Part shown: positions 33,444 through 43,538 of the stretch, piece after piece
Numbering within the stretch: position 1 is the stretch's first letter
How the letters are laid out: each line of letters opens with the position of its first letter
Assembly (NCBI GenBank): GCA_963796685.1
Contig: CAWCMR010000005.1
Coordinates: 288,001-352,000 of the forward strand
DNA: 64,000 nucleotides
Direction: 5' to 3'
From: an uncultured delta proteobacterium
Lineage (GTDB): Bacteria > Myxococcota_A > Polyangia > Fen-1088
Made by a program: the position numbers and the translations under genes
Notes under the pieces: generated by a model
Databases searched by the model: none
Seen by the model: the letters and a program-made list of their open reading frames with translations, nothing else
What the model was told of the DNA's origin: nothing

Positions 33444-35432
33444 ATGCGGCTGTTGAATTCTGCGTCTCTCATCGCGCTTTGCGGCTCCCTGTTTGGCGGC
33501 GCCTGCGCCTCGGGGACGATCATCAACACGGGTCCTGAAGGCTCGGGCGGCAGCAACAACCCCGACGCCAACATCCTGCGTCTCGACGCCAACATCACGA
33601 CCATGAGATTGGACGTCCGCGTCTCGAATAATTACATCGGCTCCGATGCGCCACCCGGGCCCAACTGCGGCAACGGCGAGCGAACCAGCGACGAGGCCTG
33701 CGACGACGGCAACACGGTCTCGGGCGACGGCTGTGCCAACAACTGCCTCAGCGTCGAGCCGGGCTTTTCGTGCGTGACCCCCGGGAAACCCTGCCGACCG
33801 GTGGCTCGCTGCGGGGATGGCCTGGTGGTGTTCCCCGAACAGTGCGACGACGGTAACACGGCAGCCGGGGACGGCTGCTCGGCCGGCTGCAAGATCGAGA
33901 TCGGCTGGAAGTGCGATGGCAACCCGAGTAGTTGCTCGCACACCACGTGCGGAGACAAGAAGATCGAAGGCGCCGAGGGCTGCGACGACGGTAACAGCAT
34001 GCCCTTCGACGGTTGCTCGGCCGATTGCCAAAACGAACCCTCCTGCAAAGGCAGCGGCGCCTGCACCTCGCGATGTGGTGACGGCATCGTGCTTGGCGAA
34101 GAATGCGACGACGGCAACAACACCGACGGCGACGGTTGCTCGCACGACTGCAAGATCGAATCTGGTTTCAAGTGCTCGCAACCCGATATCGGCGACAAGA
34201 TGTTGGTCCCTGCCGTGTACCGCGACTTCAACTACCACAACCCGACCGACTTCGAGGCCGGGGTCACCGGTTCGAAGACCCCCACCACCGGCCTGGTCAA
34301 GAGCGACCTCGATGCCAACGGCAAGCCGGTGTACACCGGGGTCACCGGCAACGCTGTTCACATCGAAAGCGCAGCCTCGCTCGCCCAGTGGTACACCAAC
34401 GTCGACGGAGTGAACCACGCGACCACGGGCAAGCTGACCCTGTGGGACAACGGCAATGGCGGCTACGTGAATCGGTACAAGGAGGACGGCACCCAATACT
34501 TCAACACCGAGCCGGCCTACTACTGCGGCAACGTCGGTTCGGAGAACTCGGACGCCGACGGGAATCCGATTCCATGCACGTCCAAGTACGCCACCGCGAC
34601 AAACTGCGACGAGCTAGCCGCCAAGGGCGAAGAGATGCTGCCTGGGAGCTGCATCTCCACCAACGGTTCGTACAGCGCCAAGTTCATCGTTTCGAAGATG
34701 GATGGCAACCCTTGCTTCTTCCCCGTCGACGACGACAACTTCTCGAAGGACAGGAATTACGCCCAGATTCCTCCCTACTACGACGCCTCGAAGTCGTGGC
34801 CGAAACAGGTCGACGACGCCGGGAACGTGATCATGCACAACTTCAGCTTCACCAGCGAGGTGCGCTACTGGTTCAAGTTCGACAAGAGCAAGACCTACAC
34901 CCTCGACTTTACCGGCGACGACGATGTCTGGGTGTTCATCAACGGCAAGCTCGCAGTCGACCTGGGCGGCATCCACTCGCCGGTCAGCGGCAGCATCGTG
35001 ATCGGCTCGAACGGCAACGGTACCACCACGGTGACCTCGTACGATGACCAGGGCGTCGCCACCACCCCGACCACGTCGACCGCCAACCTTGGCTTGCAGG
35101 ATGGCACGGTTTACGAGGCCGCCGTCTTTCAAGCCGAGCGCCAGACCACCGGCTCGTCCTACAAGCTGACACTAAGCGGCTTCAACGCCGCCCCCAGCAA
35201 CTGCCACCCCGACTGCGGCGACGGCGTCCTGGAGATCGGCGAAGAGTGCGACGACGGGCCGGACAACGGCAAGGGTGGCTACGGCAGCTGCGGCGCGAAC
35301 TGCACCTTGCAAGCCGGCTTCTGCGGCGACGGCGTGGTCCAGGAGGGCGAGGACTGCGACGAAGGCGCCCTGAACGGCACCAGCGCCGATCATTGCCCGA
35401 CCGGCTGCCACTTCCTCATCCCGATCTTTTGA
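33444..35432 (+). CDS. Fibro-slime domain lipoprotein with cysteine-rich (DUF4215-like) repeats; paralog of 5089-7035
   Basis: GGAGG RBS; CGDG repeats; HNFSFTSEVRYWF...GDDDVWVFINGKLAVDLGGIH. Confidence 0.85.
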   Translation: MRLLNSASLIALCGSLFGGACASGTIINTGPEGSGGSNNPDANILRLDANITTMRLDVRVSNNYIGSDAPPGPNCGNGERTSDEACDDGNTVSGDGCANNCLSVEPGFSCVTPGKPCRPVARCGDGLVVFPEQCDDGNTAAGDGCSAGCKIEIGWKCDGNPSSCSHTTCGDKKIEGAEGCDDGNSMPFDGCSADCQNEPSCKGSGACTSRCGDGIVLGEECDDGNNTDGDGCSHDCKIESGFKCSQPDIGDKMLVPAVYRDFNYHNPTDFEAGVTGSKTPTTGLVKSDLDANGKPVYTGVTGNAVHIESAASLAQWYTNVDGVNHATTGKLTLWDNGNGGYVNRYKEDGTQYFNTEPAYYCGNVGSENSDADGNPIPCTSKYATATNCDELAAKGEEMLPGSCISTNGSYSAKFIVSKMDGNPCFFPVDDDNFSKDRNYAQIPPYYDASKSWPKQVDDAGNVIMHNFSFTSEVRYWFKFDKSKTYTLDFTGDDDVWVFINGKLAVDLGGIHSPVSGSIVIGSNGNGTTTVTSYDDQGVATTPTTSTANLGLQDGTVYEAAVFQAERQTTGSSYKLTLSGFNAAPSNCHPDCGDGVLEIGEECDDGPDNGKGGYGSCGANCTLQAGFCGDGVVQEGEDCDEGALNGTSADHCPTGCHFLIPIF

Positions 35433-35490
35433 TTCGCCCGCGCGAGGACTGGCCGCCCGGCACGAAGTCGTCGTACACTCGGGCACCGCC

Positions 35491-36756
35491 ATGCTCGATA
35501 TCCGACTTGTCCGTGAAAAACCCGAAGAGGTTCGCGAAGGGCTGAAGAAGCTCGCCGCGGACGTAGACCTCGACGCCGTCATTGCCCTCGACGAAGGCGT
35601 GCGCAAGCTCAAGAACGATTCGCAGGCCATCCAGGCCGACCAGAATCGACTGTCCAAGGACATCGCCAAGGCGCCGACCCCGGAGGCGCGCGAGGAGATC
35701 AAGGCCAAGGGCGCCGCGCTCAAGGAGAAGAACGAGCGGCTGCTCAGGGATCTGGCCAAGCAAGAGGCCGCCCTCGACGAGAAGCTGCTCGAGCTTCCCA
35801 ACCTGCCGCACCCTTCGGTGCCTGCGGGCAAGGACGAGAGTGAAAATCGCATCGTCCGCGAGGAGGGAAGCAAGCGCGCCTTCGACTTCACGCCGCAGGC
35901 CCACTGGGATCTCGGACCGCGCTGGGGCGTCATCGACTTCGACCGCGGGGTCAAGATCTCGGGCAGCCGCTTCTACGTGCTCAAGGACTGGGGCGCCCGC
36001 CTGCAGCGCGCGCTCATCTCGTTCATGCTGGACCTGCACACGGGCAAGCACGGCTACACCGAAATCCTGCCGCCCTACATGGTTCGCCGCGAGTGTCTCG
36101 TAGGCACGGGCAACCTGCCCAAGTTCGGCGACAACCTGTACCGCGATGCCAGCGAGGATTTCTGGTTCATCCCCACCGCCGAGGTCCCGGTGACCAACCT
36201 CTATCGCGACGAGGTTCTGGACGGCGCGCAGCTACCCATCAAGCACGTGGCCTTCACCGCGTGCTTCCGCCGCGAACAGATGGCCGCGGGCCGCGACACC
36301 CGCGGCATCAAGCGCGGCCACCAGTTCGACAAGGTCGAGCTGGTGAAATTCGTCCGCCCGGAAAACTCCATGGACGAGCTCAAGGGACTGCTCTCCGACG
36401 CCGAGGATGTGCTGAAGGCGCTCGAGCTTCCTTACCGCGTGATCGAGATGTGCACCGGCGACCTGTCGTTCTCGGCCATGGTCAAGTTCGACCTCGAGCT
36501 GTGGGCACCGGGCTGCGGGGAATGGCTGGAGGTCAGCTCGTGCTCGAACTTCGGCGACTTCCAGGCCCGGCGGGCCAAGATCCGCTTCAAGGACGGCAAG
36601 GAGAAGAACCGCTTCGTCCACACCCTGAACGGCTCCGCTTTGGCCTTGCCAAGAACCCTGATCGGTGTTCTCGAAACCTACCAGCGCGCCGACGGAAAGC
36701 TAGACGTGCCCACGGCTCTGCGACCATACTTCGGAGGAATCGAAGTTCTCGGATAG
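35491..36756 (+). CDS. serS: Serine--tRNA ligase
   Basis: MLDIRLVRE, IPTAEVP, FRRE..AAGRDTRG, HQFDKVE, EVSSCSN, HTLNGSALA. Confidence 0.97.
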   Translation: MLDIRLVREKPEEVREGLKKLAADVDLDAVIALDEGVRKLKNDSQAIQADQNRLSKDIAKAPTPEAREEIKAKGAALKEKNERLLRDLAKQEAALDEKLLELPNLPHPSVPAGKDESENRIVREEGSKRAFDFTPQAHWDLGPRWGVIDFDRGVKISGSRFYVLKDWGARLQRALISFMLDLHTGKHGYTEILPPYMVRRECLVGTGNLPKFGDNLYRDASEDFWFIPTAEVPVTNLYRDEVLDGAQLPIKHVAFTACFRREQMAAGRDTRGIKRGHQFDKVELVKFVRPENSMDELKGLLSDAEDVLKALELPYRVIEMCTGDLSFSAMVKFDLELWAPGCGEWLEVSSCSNFGDFQARRAKIRFKDGKEKNRFVHTLNGSALALPRTLIGVLETYQRADGKLDVPTALRPYFGGIEVLG

Positions 36757-36774
36757 GGACTCGAATAGGACAAC

Positions 36775-37644
36775 GTGGAAGGCAAGCCCCTGGCACTGGC
36801 CGTTTTCTTCTCTGGCTTCTTGGCCATCGCCCTGGGCGTTCTCATCCTCCACGCCGCCAGCGCGCCGCCGCCCACGCCCAAGCGCCCCGAGCCGCCGCCT
36901 CCGCCCTCGGCCATGATCAATTCCGACATGCGCTTCTCGGTGGTGTACTACAAAGGCCTCATCGAGGCGGATGCCAAGTCCTACGGCATCGAAGCCCCGC
37001 CCTACGAAGACCTGCGGCAACCCAACCCCTACTTCGACGAGTTGCAGGGGAAGCAGCACCTACGCATCAAGGCCCCCATCGAGACCCGCCACCTGCGCGT
37101 CTCCCTGGAAGTGGAGAAGGAAACCACGATCATCGAATCCCATTCCCTCACCACGGACCATCTGGTGCTGCGCATCGAGAACCTCACGCCTCTGTACCTG
37201 GCGTACCGGGTCCAAACCACGGTGCCGGACAAACGCAAGTGCGCCATGATGGCCGTGCTCCCGCACAACGCCATTGCGCTCGAGCCGAGGCAGGTCACCC
37301 TGCGTACCGAGTGCCTCTATCGCAGGGACGCGCAGATCGACGTCGCGCGCATCGAGGTCATCGAGCTGCCGGCACTTTCCGCCTACTACGTGTCACGCGT
37401 CCCGCCCAACGCCACCTTCTACGATCCCCGAACCTCGGCCGGCCATACGCCGCCGAGAGGCACCATGTGCCCGCAGACCTTCTCTTGGCGCGACATCAGG
37501 GAAGGCATCGAAAAGAAAGAGCTGGGCTGGCGCGACGTGATTGATTTCTATGCGCGTCACAACTGCTCGGAATACTCCTTTTTCAAGTCCTATCGTTACC
37601 GCGGGGATCCAATGGCACCCCTGCCTTCCCGCTCACTCGACTAA
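36775..37644 (+). CDS. Hypothetical membrane-anchored protein
   Basis: N-terminal TM helix, Pro-rich linker, globular domain with 4 Cys; GC3-rich codon usage. Confidence 0.7.
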   Translation: MEGKPLALAVFFSGFLAIALGVLILHAASAPPPTPKRPEPPPPPSAMINSDMRFSVVYYKGLIEADAKSYGIEAPPYEDLRQPNPYFDELQGKQHLRIKAPIETRHLRVSLEVEKETTIIESHSLTTDHLVLRIENLTPLYLAYRVQTTVPDKRKCAMMAVLPHNAIALEPRQVTLRTECLYRRDAQIDVARIEVIELPALSAYYVSRVPPNATFYDPRTSAGHTPPRGTMCPQTFSWRDIREGIEKKELGWRDVIDFYARHNCSEYSFFKSYRYRGDPMAPLPSRSLD

Positions 37645-37678
37645 ACCCTTGATATTCGCTACATTACCGGAGCTGGTT

Positions 37679-38026
37679 ATGACCAAGGCTGATCTCATCG
37701 CGGTGGTCGCGGACAAGCTCAAGTTCCCTTGGGCGCGCGCGGAGCTTCTCGTCGACCAGATCTTTACCAGCATGACCCAGGCCCTTCAGCAGGGCGAAGG
37801 CATCGAGATCCGCGGCTTCGGCAGCTTCACCGTGCGCGAATACAAGGCCTACGAGGGTCGCAATCCGCGCACGGGCGATACCGTCCACGTCAAGCCCAAG
37901 CGCCTGGCCTTCTTCAAGGTCGGCAAGGAGCTGCGCGAGCGCGTGAACCAAAGCCGCGCAACCGCCGCTGCGCCGAGCGGCAGCGCGGCCAATAGCCAGG
38001 CTTCCAGCCCGCTGGCGTCGGATTAG
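37679..38026 (+). CDS. ihfB: Integration host factor beta / HU family protein
   Basis: MTKADLI, IEIRGFGSF, GRNPRTG, FFKVGKELRERVN. Confidence 0.88.
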   Translation: MTKADLIAVVADKLKFPWARAELLVDQIFTSMTQALQQGEGIEIRGFGSFTVREYKAYEGRNPRTGDTVHVKPKRLAFFKVGKELRERVNQSRATAAAPSGSAANSQASSPLASD

Positions 38027-38038
38027 GCCAGCCCCTGG

Positions 38039-40099
38039 CTAGGCCGATCCCAGGCGGATGACCAAGCCGCTGTCGCCGTCGACCAGCACGCAATCGCCGT
38101 CTGCGAACACCGTGGATGCGCCGCGGGCCCCGACCACGGCGGGAATACCCCGCTCGCGCGCCTGGGCAGCGACGTGATCGAGCGGTCCGCCGGTTTCGGT
38201 CACGATGGCCATGGCGCTGATGAGGGGCAATTCGGTGGGCAACAGCGTCGGGGCCATCAGGACCACGTCCCAGGTGGCCGCGCCTTGGCCTGGGCGGTGC
38301 CAGAGCACGCGCCCTATGGCCCGTCCCCCGGTGCCCGCGCCACGAACCGCCTTGCCATCCGCCGCCTCGGACAGGGGTGGTGGCAGGCAGCGCGCCCGCA
38401 AGGTTGCAGCGCGACCCGAGGCGGCCACGGCGGCCAGATCGATCGTGGCCTGGTTGCCGGCCGCGATCTCGCGCGCGAGCTCTAGCGGCAGATAGAAGAC
38501 GTCCGAGGCCTCGGTCAGACGGCCCGCTTGCCGCAGACGCTTGCCAAGCGCGAGCAGCGCACGGCGAACCGCGGCTTGCGTGCGCGCGTACAGACAATCG
38601 TCGGCCTCGCCCAGGGCCACTGCCGCGCGCGCCACACCCAGGACACGTCGCCATGGCTCGACGAGTTGCGGTGGCAGCACCGCCGCCACTTGCGCGCGCG
38701 CGCCTTGCCAGTCGGGCGAGATGCCCTCGCCCGACCGACGGCCGCCCTGGGCAAGGAAAGCGTCAGGCTCCTCGGCGCACGTCGCAACGCTCACATCCCA
38801 GACCGGTGCCTCGTCGCCGAAAAGAGCAAGGTAGGCGGCGAGATTGGCGACGCGCGCGTTCGCATCTCGGCCATCCGTGGAGAAGAGCCTGGCCGCCCGC
38901 TCCCGCCGCTCGCTGGCCATGGAAGCTACCCCGGCTTGAAGCAAGGGCAGCAAAGCCAGCGCGGACGGGGCATGGGTGGCGAGGAACAGGCGCAGGTCGG
39001 CGCGGGCTTGTCGCAAGGCCGGCTGCAACACGCCGAAGATGGGCTCATAAGCGGAGACGAACAAGGCCAGGGCCGCCTCGAGATCGGGCTGCGGCCCCAA
39101 GCTGGAGAGCCGCGCCTCGACCTCGGCGCGCAAAGAGGCGAAGAATCCCTCCGCGTCCTCGCTGGCGATGGGAGGTGGCAACGAGCCCCGATCGGGCGCG
39201 TAGAAGAGGTACCCACCGAGCACCCGCTGGCGAATACCGATGGAGCACGTTCGGTCCACGAGCTCGACCAGCCCGGCCTGCGCCGGCGACAGGGGCAAGG
39301 GATTGTGGGCCGCGTCCCAGCGCCACGAGGCGCGCGGAGCCTGGTCGTCCGGGAGCTCGTCGAAACCGGGCCAGGGCCCGGCCGCGGCGGGCGGTTCGAA
39401 GGGCCGTGCCTGCAAGAAGACCACCTCGTCATCGACCAAGACCCACTCGATCTCCGTCGGCCCGCGAACCCCTGCGATCTCGGCCACGCTCCGGGCCAGT
39501 GCTCGGTTGGCCTCGGCGGGCAGCTGCCCGCTCCTAGGCGTGATCAGAGACTCGGTCATGCGACCGGGAGCGAACGCCGCGCTTCCCTCAGCTTGGCCAG
39601 GCAGGAACGCGTGCACGAGAACAGCCACCGGATCCCTCGCGGGCGGCTGTCCGTGTGCCATGGCGTAGGCCACCGCCCCCGGCGCAAGCGCCGAGCACAG
39701 GACGCGACGGACGGCCATTTCCACCTCGGACAAGGGAACGTCCCCACACGACTCGTACACGCCCGCCGCGAGGTGACCGGGAAGATCCTCGCTGGCGAAG
39801 GACGAGCGCACCGCAAAGCGCGTAGCCCCGAGGGCGCCGAGTCGCGCCTGCAATTCCGCGCGAAAGCCCGTGGGCCAGGACGCCCGCATCAGCTTCGCGC
39901 GCAAGCCGTCGAGGATCGCGAGCGCCACCGGGTCGAGACGCGCAAAGGCGGGCACGTCCGGGCAAAGGGCGCGAAAGAGCGCGTTCGTGACGGCGAATCC
40001 AGGCGGCGTCGCGAGTCCTCGCTCGGCCAGCCAGGCCAGCGAGCGCGCCTTGCCGCCCAGGCGAGCATCCTCCGCTCGCAACTCCGCCAGAAAGGACAT
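38039..40099 (-). CDS. PEP-utilising enzyme family phosphotransferase (RPH-like domain order)
   Basis: LGGKARSL, TPPGFAV, FAVRSS..SED...AGVYES, IEW, FLQARP; C-terminal TETGGPLDHVAAQARERGIPAVVG phospho-His domain. Confidence 0.82.
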   Translation of the reverse strand: MSFLAELRAEDARLGGKARSLAWLAERGLATPPGFAVTNALFRALCPDVPAFARLDPVALAILDGLRAKLMRASWPTGFRAELQARLGALGATRFAVRSSFASEDLPGHLAAGVYESCGDVPLSEVEMAVRRVLCSALAPGAVAYAMAHGQPPARDPVAVLVHAFLPGQAEGSAAFAPGRMTESLITPRSGQLPAEANRALARSVAEIAGVRGPTEIEWVLVDDEVVFLQARPFEPPAAAGPWPGFDELPDDQAPRASWRWDAAHNPLPLSPAQAGLVELVDRTCSIGIRQRVLGGYLFYAPDRGSLPPPIASEDAEGFFASLRAEVEARLSSLGPQPDLEAALALFVSAYEPIFGVLQPALRQARADLRLFLATHAPSALALLPLLQAGVASMASERRERAARLFSTDGRDANARVANLAAYLALFGDEAPVWDVSVATCAEEPDAFLAQGGRRSGEGISPDWQGARAQVAAVLPPQLVEPWRRVLGVARAAVALGEADDCLYARTQAAVRRALLALGKRLRQAGRLTEASDVFYLPLELAREIAAGNQATIDLAAVAASGRAATLRARCLPPPLSEAADGKAVRGAGTGGRAIGRVLWHRPGQGAATWDVVLMAPTLLPTELPLISAMAIVTETGGPLDHVAAQARERGIPAVVGARGASTVFADGDCVLVDGDSGLVIRLGSA

Positions 40100-40259
40100 G
40101 CGCGGCAATCTACCAGTCTGCCACTAAATCTGCCGGGCTTCGCTTCCAAGGTTCTTTCCCCCCGCAATCCCGCGACATGCGCAGCGACGTCGCGGAAGGC
40201 AGCAGAAAGAGATGCCTTTCCACGACGGATGCATGCACCCAGTCGGAGCGGCGAGTGGC

Positions 40260-40348
40260 GGTCGTAGTCGTAGACGTCCCCGTGGCCGTGGTCCTGTCCG
40301 ACGAAGATCACTCCGGCCACGGCCACGGCCACGTCTACGGCCACGGCC
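40260..40348. repeat. REP-like palindrome of hexamer units (GTCGTA/GCCGTG)
   Basis: 40260-40291 GGTCGTAGTCGTAGACGTCCCCGTGGCCGTGG pairs imperfectly with 40317-40348. Confidence 0.7.
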
Positions 40349-40411
40349 TTCTGCAGCTATCGCAGGATTATGGATTGCCGCGCCCCCCGGCCACCTCCTA
40401 TAGTCCGCGCC

Positions 40412-40963
40412 ATGCGTGGCCCCCTGCTCTCAGGAGCCCTTGGCAGCCCAGCGACGCTGGGCCGGGTGTGCAATCTCGCGCGCGCCCATTCGCCGTTGGT
40501 GGTGCTGTCCGCCCTTTGGCTGGCCGAGACCCTGGCGTCGGAGATCGAGGTGCTGGCCCTGGTCGAGGCGGAGAAGCGCGGCGCGGCCCTGCGCGCGTTA
40601 CGCCGGGCTGGCAAGCTCGGGCACCCCCTTTCCATCGTGATTGCCGCAGCCGAGGTTCCGCTCGCCCCCGGCTCCGTGGGCACGGTGCTGGTGGAGAGCC
40701 TGGTCGACATCGAGGAACTGCCCGCGGCCCGGGAGCTCATCGTTGCGCTCCTGCCCGCGCTCAAGCCGGACGGCATCGTCGTCTCGCTGGACGCAACCAA
40801 GAGCCCTTCGCTCGAAGCGCGCGTGTCCGAGATCTTCCTGGCGGCCAGTCTGGCCCACATCACGCAAATCCGTCCCCGCGAGGGAGCCCTGCTGACCACC
40901 GGGGACGCTCCCCACGCCGCGGTCGCGGCGGCCCGGCTGCGCACGCTGTTGCCCGAGCAATGA
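40412..40963 (+). CDS. Hypothetical protein, degenerate SAM-methyltransferase-like fold
   Basis: VPLAPGSVGTV and ALKPDGIVV resemble MTase motifs; no clear GxGxG. Confidence 0.55.
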   Translation: MRGPLLSGALGSPATLGRVCNLARAHSPLVVLSALWLAETLASEIEVLALVEAEKRGAALRALRRAGKLGHPLSIVIAAAEVPLAPGSVGTVLVESLVDIEELPAARELIVALLPALKPDGIVVSLDATKSPSLEARVSEIFLAASLAHITQIRPREGALLTTGDAPHAAVAAARLRTLLPEQ

Positions 40964-41002
40964 ACCCGTGAAGCCGCCCGCCCCGCGGTATTCTCCTCGA
41001 AA

Positions 41003-42421
41003 ATGCGCCGCCTTCTGCTGGCTCTCACCTTTTCCCTGGTCGTGCACCTGGGGGTGATTGCGATTGCGGCGGGGGTCGGTCTGTGGCGCACGCTCTCGCT
41101 CGTTCCCAGCCTCAAGGTGCAGCCCATCGCCATCGACGTCGTGAACGATCTCCCGCTTGGCGCCCTTCCCGACAAGCAGCCCGCGCCAGGCGAGGAACCG
41201 CCAGCACCGCGTGTGCACAAGCCCAGGCATCACGTTGCGTCGGCCCACGAGGGCGTCGCCATCCCGGCTGCCCCCGACGCCGGCGCGCCCGAGCCCAAGG
41301 CCGACGCGGCCTTCGTCGCCAAGAGCGCTCCCCACGACGGGGGCGGCAGCATCGATGGCGGCCGACGCCGACCAGGGGACCTGCGCAGCAACGGTCCCGA
41401 GGGCTCGCGGCTGATCGCGCTCTTGCGTCTGGATCGCTTGCGCGCCTCTCCTGACAGCGAGCGCACCATCGCGGCCGTGGACCGGCTGCTCTCGCTCTTG
41501 CCGGACCGACACCGACTCATCGACGGCACAGGTCTCGATCTCTACCGCGACTTCGATACGCTGCTCATCGCGACCCCCAACCCCACCGACGATGCGGTCA
41601 CCTTCCTGGCCGCGCAGCACCACCTTGCGGACAGGGCCATCAAAGCCGCCCTGGATCGCGGGGCCAAGGCGGCGCACAAACCCATCGTCTGGCGCACCGT
41701 CGAAGGACGACCGGTCGGCATCAGACGACAGGACAAGAGCGCGGGGCGACTGGATCGCGACGACCGCATTCTGGCGTTGCCCACGCCGGAGCTCGCCATC
41801 ATGGCCACCCCGGCCTACGCCAGCCAGATGCTGGGTCAGGCGGCCGTGAGCCCGTCGACCACCCAGGCCCCGGTGGACGCTGGCAGCCCCGATGCAGGGG
41901 CAGGCGTCGGGGAAAAGCCAAGCGCCGGCCGCCCGAGCTGGCGCGAGATCGCGGGACGCATCGAGGCCGAGGACAGCGCCATGCCCGACGACGCCGCGTT
42001 CATGATGACCGCAACCAACCTGTTCGGCGCACCCGCGAGCGGCGGTTACGTCGTGCCCCCTACCCGCGGGGCCGGCGACGACCAGCCGCTTCAGCCACTC
42101 GGCGACACCGGTCCACCGCCCCAGTCGCTGACCCTGGTGGTGGGCGTGGAAGCGCCGTTCATCGAGATCCTCGCCGAATTCAAGAACGACGCGGACGCGG
42201 AGGTCTGGGAGCGCGACCTGCCGTCATGGCAACGCAAGATCGCTTCCAATCCGGCGGTCTTCCTGAGCGGATTTTCGTCGCTCATCGGCCGCGCCCAAAT
42301 CTCGCGCGAGGGCGCCACCCTGCAAACGCGCATCGAGGTATCGACGGCGGAGCTTCAACGCCTGCTCAATCTAGCCGCCAACCTGACCCAAGCCGCGCTC
42401 CCACATCCGGCTGGACCGTAG
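41003..42421 (+). CDS. Hypothetical membrane-anchored protein
   Basis: N-terminal SLVVH TM anchor (TonB-like), Pro-rich linker, 472-aa ORF. Confidence 0.7.
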   Translation: MRRLLLALTFSLVVHLGVIAIAAGVGLWRTLSLVPSLKVQPIAIDVVNDLPLGALPDKQPAPGEEPPAPRVHKPRHHVASAHEGVAIPAAPDAGAPEPKADAAFVAKSAPHDGGGSIDGGRRRPGDLRSNGPEGSRLIALLRLDRLRASPDSERTIAAVDRLLSLLPDRHRLIDGTGLDLYRDFDTLLIATPNPTDDAVTFLAAQHHLADRAIKAALDRGAKAAHKPIVWRTVEGRPVGIRRQDKSAGRLDRDDRILALPTPELAIMATPAYASQMLGQAAVSPSTTQAPVDAGSPDAGAGVGEKPSAGRPSWREIAGRIEAEDSAMPDDAAFMMTATNLFGAPASGGYVVPPTRGAGDDQPLQPLGDTGPPPQSLTLVVGVEAPFIEILAEFKNDADAEVWERDLPSWQRKIASNPAVFLSGFSSLIGRAQISREGATLQTRIEVSTAELQRLLNLAANLTQAALPHPAGP

Positions 42422-42436
42422 CCCGGCGGAGCCCCT

Positions 42437-43264
42437 CTACTCGCGGTGTTTGGAGTGCCTACTGACCCGGTGGGTGCTGATTCCCGCAGTGCGTTCCAGC
42501 GCCAGGGGCATGGGGAAGATGGCGCGTAGTACGATACTGGATCGCGCGCTCGTGGGTGCATCGCTGATGCGCACCTTGCGCATGAGCGACACCGCACAGT
42601 CGGCGGCGGAGGGATCGAGCGTGCCCTGCGAGGCGAACCCCACCGAGCCGACCGCGCCGCCCGGCTCGACATAGGCGATGACATCCACCTCCGCATTGCC
42701 GATGGTCCCGCAGCTCGCGAGTCCCGCCGCGATGACGCCCAGGTGCCGGGCCATCTCCTCGCCGCTCCACGGGATCACGCTGCGCTCGCCGGTCGATTGG
42801 AAGGCCATCGAATATTCGAAATCGGTGCCCTGCCGGCCTTCGGGAGCCGGGAACGCGATCTGCTTGCCCTCGGCCACCAGGCAACTCTCGACGGGGAAGC
42901 TGCCAAGCCCGTTCTTGATGACCTGCACGTCGGACACCTGGCCCGTCGCCGCAACCACGAAGCGCATGACGACCTGACCGGACAGATACTTGCGCGCATC
43001 GCCGGCCCTGGAAAAGCAAGCGGACATGGCGCGCACGTGCGGCTTGATGGCGCTATCCACGGCGCGCTCGTCGAGGACGCCGATGGACATCTCCATGCCC
43101 ATGCCCTTGTCGTCGCCCGACACATCCCCTGTCGCCCACCCGGAGGTTCTGGCCCGCCTGGCGTGGCGATCCTTGCTTTGGCTCCCGCGAACCTCGGGGG
43201 AAGAGGCACATCCGAGCGCAGACGCTACGAGCAACCCTGTCAGGAGCAGAATATGCAGCCTCAT
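42437..43264 (-). CDS. AgmX/PglI C-terminal (TonB_C-like) domain lipoprotein
   Basis: Lipobox ALGC; GVLDERAVDSAI...CF...LSGQVVMRFVV...G.V...VESCLV...FPAPEG; a second similar domain follows. Confidence 0.7.
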   Translation of the reverse strand: MRLHILLLTGLLVASALGCASSPEVRGSQSKDRHARRARTSGWATGDVSGDDKGMGMEMSIGVLDERAVDSAIKPHVRAMSACFSRAGDARKYLSGQVVMRFVVAATGQVSDVQVIKNGLGSFPVESCLVAEGKQIAFPAPEGRQGTDFEYSMAFQSTGERSVIPWSGEEMARHLGVIAAGLASCGTIGNAEVDVIAYVEPGGAVGSVGFASQGTLDPSAADCAVSLMRKVRISDAPTSARSSIVLRAIFPMPLALERTAGISTHRVSRHSKHRE

Positions 43265-43381
43265 AATTCGTAAGGCATTATACATTTTCAAACTCAAAAA
43301 CAACAGGGTTGAATTCGCGCTCAGTGCAGTTTGTGCGTAGGGGCCCTCCTGGTACTTCGATTGATGTCCAAAATTACTTTA

Positions 43382-43538
43382 GGGCTCGTCAGAGAATAGA
43401 TGCTACGCGTTGGGCGACGAGGCGCCCGGCTGGCGAGGCGCGAGGAGGAGGAATACTCGACGTATTGCGACGACGAGCAACGAAGCCAGCCGGGATGGAT
43501 CGGCGTCCAAATCGTTGCAGATATTCTCTGACGAGCCC
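43382..43538. mobile_element. MITE (157 bp) with perfect 17-bp TIRs and TTA target duplication (IS5/PIF-Harbinger-like)
   Basis: GGGCTCGTCAGAGAATA ... TATTCTCTGACGAGCCC flanked by TTA at 43379-81 and 43539-41. The right TTA is the stop codon of the adjacent minus-strand gene. Confidence 0.85.
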
